From Flavobacteriales bacterium (GTDB lineage: Bacteria; Bacteroidota; Bacteroidia; Flavobacteriales_D; Crocinitomicaceae), in contig CANHHA010000005.1 in NCBI GenBank assembly GCA_947460825.1, positions 26,026 through 90,025 on the forward strand: a DNA stretch of 64,000 nt, written 5' to 3'. The notes under the pieces are model-generated. The model had not been told where the DNA came from. It did not search any database and worked only from the letters and a program-made list of their open reading frames with translations. The position numbers were made by a program, and so were the translations under genes. Below are positions 62,556-64,000 of this stretch, piece after piece (position 1 is the first letter of the stretch; every line of letters starts with the position of its first letter).

Positions 62556-62641
62556 AAAACTATATTTAGAAGGAAAATAGAATTAACGCCTATTTTAGGT
62601 GTAAAGTCCCTAGACATTATCGATACTATGCTGTTCAGTTT

Positions 62642-63976
62642 TTACTGCACCGTGAGTTTTTTAATAAAAATCTTTTCGTTTAAATTAAATTGGAGCATGT
62701 ACATTCCACTTGGGTAATTCGAAACATCTAGTGTGTATAAGGTGATTCCGGCAAGAATTTCGATTTGTTTCGTTTCTAGTAATTTGCCTTCCGGACTGAT
62801 CAGTGTATAGTCCAAATCCGTTGGTTTTTTTGAAGCAATAGAAATGCTAACTTCTGTTTCGCAAGGATTGGGATGCAAGCCAATGTTGGTGGATTGGATA
62901 GCACAATCTGTTTTCAGGGGGCCATACATTTCAAAAGCTCCATTGAAATCGAATTGCTTTAAGCGGTAGTACTTTTGCTTCCTTGATGCATCGTGATCTA
63001 CCGAATAATAATTTATTAGCTCTTGCGAAAACCCAGCCGCAGGAAGCGTTTTCCTTATTTCCCAATTTACACCATCTAAACTTGATTCCAATTGGAAGTA
63101 ATCGCTGTTGTGTTCCGAAGAAGTTTGCCAAATTAGTTCAACATCTTCTTCCTCACAATTCAATTTAAAAGAGGACATAGTTACTGGTAAAGCCGAGCCT
63201 CCATTGAACGCAAATGTTCCGTCGGCTGTAAATTTATGAACTTGATACATGACTCCATTTGTACCATTGGTGCCGTTGCCAGTGTAAGAAGTTATCGTTC
63301 CTCCAGTGGCTAAAGCCGATGAACTTGCATATCTAATGATTACAGTGCCAGCAGTTGCTGATCCAGGGCCTCCAACACCACCACTTCTTGCATTTTGTCC
63401 CCTTGCGCCTGCACCAATACTTCCAAGCCCTGAATTTCCAAATCCGCCAGGAGAACCACTCCAATTTCCTCCTCCTCCTCCTCCTCCATAATATGTTGCA
63501 GTATCCAGTATAACAATTAGTTGACCATTACCGCCATTGTTAGGGGTGGTTCCAGCCAAGCCATTACCTCCATTACCATATAATGTTCCATTAGAACCAC
63601 CTGTGCCAGACGTACTACCTGAAGCGTTAGAACCTTTAGATCCTCCAGCAGCTGTAATGGTTGAAAAACCAGAAGCGCTAATTGAAGAAGGATTCCCATT
63701 AGTACCGTTATTCGTAGTGCCCCAAGCAGGACTTGCTCCTCCCCCCCCTATGGTTATGTTATAAACTATTGTAGTAAAGGTTGTTGTTCCCGATACTACT
63801 GAACCTCCTGAACCACCACCTCCTCCTTTTTGGGACGCACTTGCCGTTCCCGCTCCACCGCCACCACCAACAACAACATAATCAACCGAAATTTGCGCAT
63901 GCGAAATCACCGAAAAGAAGCCACATAGAATAAGGAACATTGCTGCACGAAAAAAAACAGTTGCATTTTTGGTCAT
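62642..63976 (-). CDS. Secreted glycine-rich protein with T9SS type A C-terminal sorting domain
   Basis: It has a signal peptide. About 230 aa of Gly-rich repeats follow (GGGGGAGT, GGGGGSGGS, GGSKGSNASGSTSGTGGSNG, YYGGGGGGGNW). A beta-rich domain and a C-terminal LHPNPCETEVSISI...KKLTVQ tail complete the protein. Confidence 0.7.
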   Translation of the reverse strand: MTKNATVFFRAAMFLILCGFFSVISHAQISVDYVVVGGGGGAGTASASQKGGGGGSGGSVVSGTTTFTTIVYNITIGGGGASPAWGTTNNGTNGNPSSISASGFSTITAAGGSKGSNASGSTSGTGGSNGTLYGNGGNGLAGTTPNNGGNGQLIVILDTATYYGGGGGGGNWSGSPGGFGNSGLGSIGAGARGQNARSGGVGGPGSATAGTVIIRYASSSALATGGTITSYTGNGTNGTNGVMYQVHKFTADGTFAFNGGSALPVTMSSFKLNCEEEDVELIWQTSSEHNSDYFQLESSLDGVNWEIRKTLPAAGFSQELINYYSVDHDASRKQKYYRLKQFDFNGAFEMYGPLKTDCAIQSTNIGLHPNPCETEVSISIASKKPTDLDYTLISPEGKLLETKQIEILAGITLYTLDVSNYPSGMYMLQFNLNEKIFIKKLTVQ

Positions 63977-64000
63977 TATATGTTTAGAGAAAATTGAATT

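Noticed and set aside
63306-63764. Proline-rich + strand ORFs (63306-63491, 63537-63764)
   Set aside because: They are mirror images of the GGN-rich glycine codons of the - strand T9SS protein (GGN read antisense gives NCC, Pro). They are an artefact of composition.

Overview
Chromosomal window from a Bacteroidota (Flavobacteriia-like) genome. The taxon call rests on T9SS C-terminal sorting domains, a fused ccoNO, bshC, a FISUMP-domain protein and TAnnTTTG -7 boxes. Nt 1-44,650 is mostly core. It holds a complete cbb3 oxidase biogenesis cluster (hemN-ccoI-ccoS-ccoNO-ccoQ-ccoP-ccoG-fixH-tauE-like) with a divergent Crp/Fnr gene, two rhomboid proteases, mutL, two ECF sigma/anti-sigma pairs, mdh, a TetR-TolC-MFP-RND efflux operon, SPFH, CAP, eda, bshC, an ABC exporter and rpmH. 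Nt 44,700-62,640 is a mosaic accessory stretch. It holds a GmrSD-like DUF262/DUF1524 three-gene cluster and a 6-TM ion-channel-like gene inserted between ~135-nt direct repeats of the 5' end of a neighbouring hydrolase gene. It also holds a ten-gene, translationally coupled operon (50,720-59,140) of almost entirely uncharacterised membrane/envelope proteins, which is my main candidate for an undescribed system. The operon contains three internal paralog pairs: DUF4407-like, OmpA-like bitopic, and Cys-His transglutaminase-like. The rest of the stretch holds a divergent metallophosphatase, a tRNA(CAT) preceded by two structured repeats built from the tRNA's own 5' end, and an AbiEi/AbiEii pair. 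A second single-gene insertion (FISUMP protein, 36.9-38.6 kb) is flanked by ~138-nt repeats of the eda 3' end. All calls rest on reading the ORF translations and the DNA by eye. No database search or computation was run.
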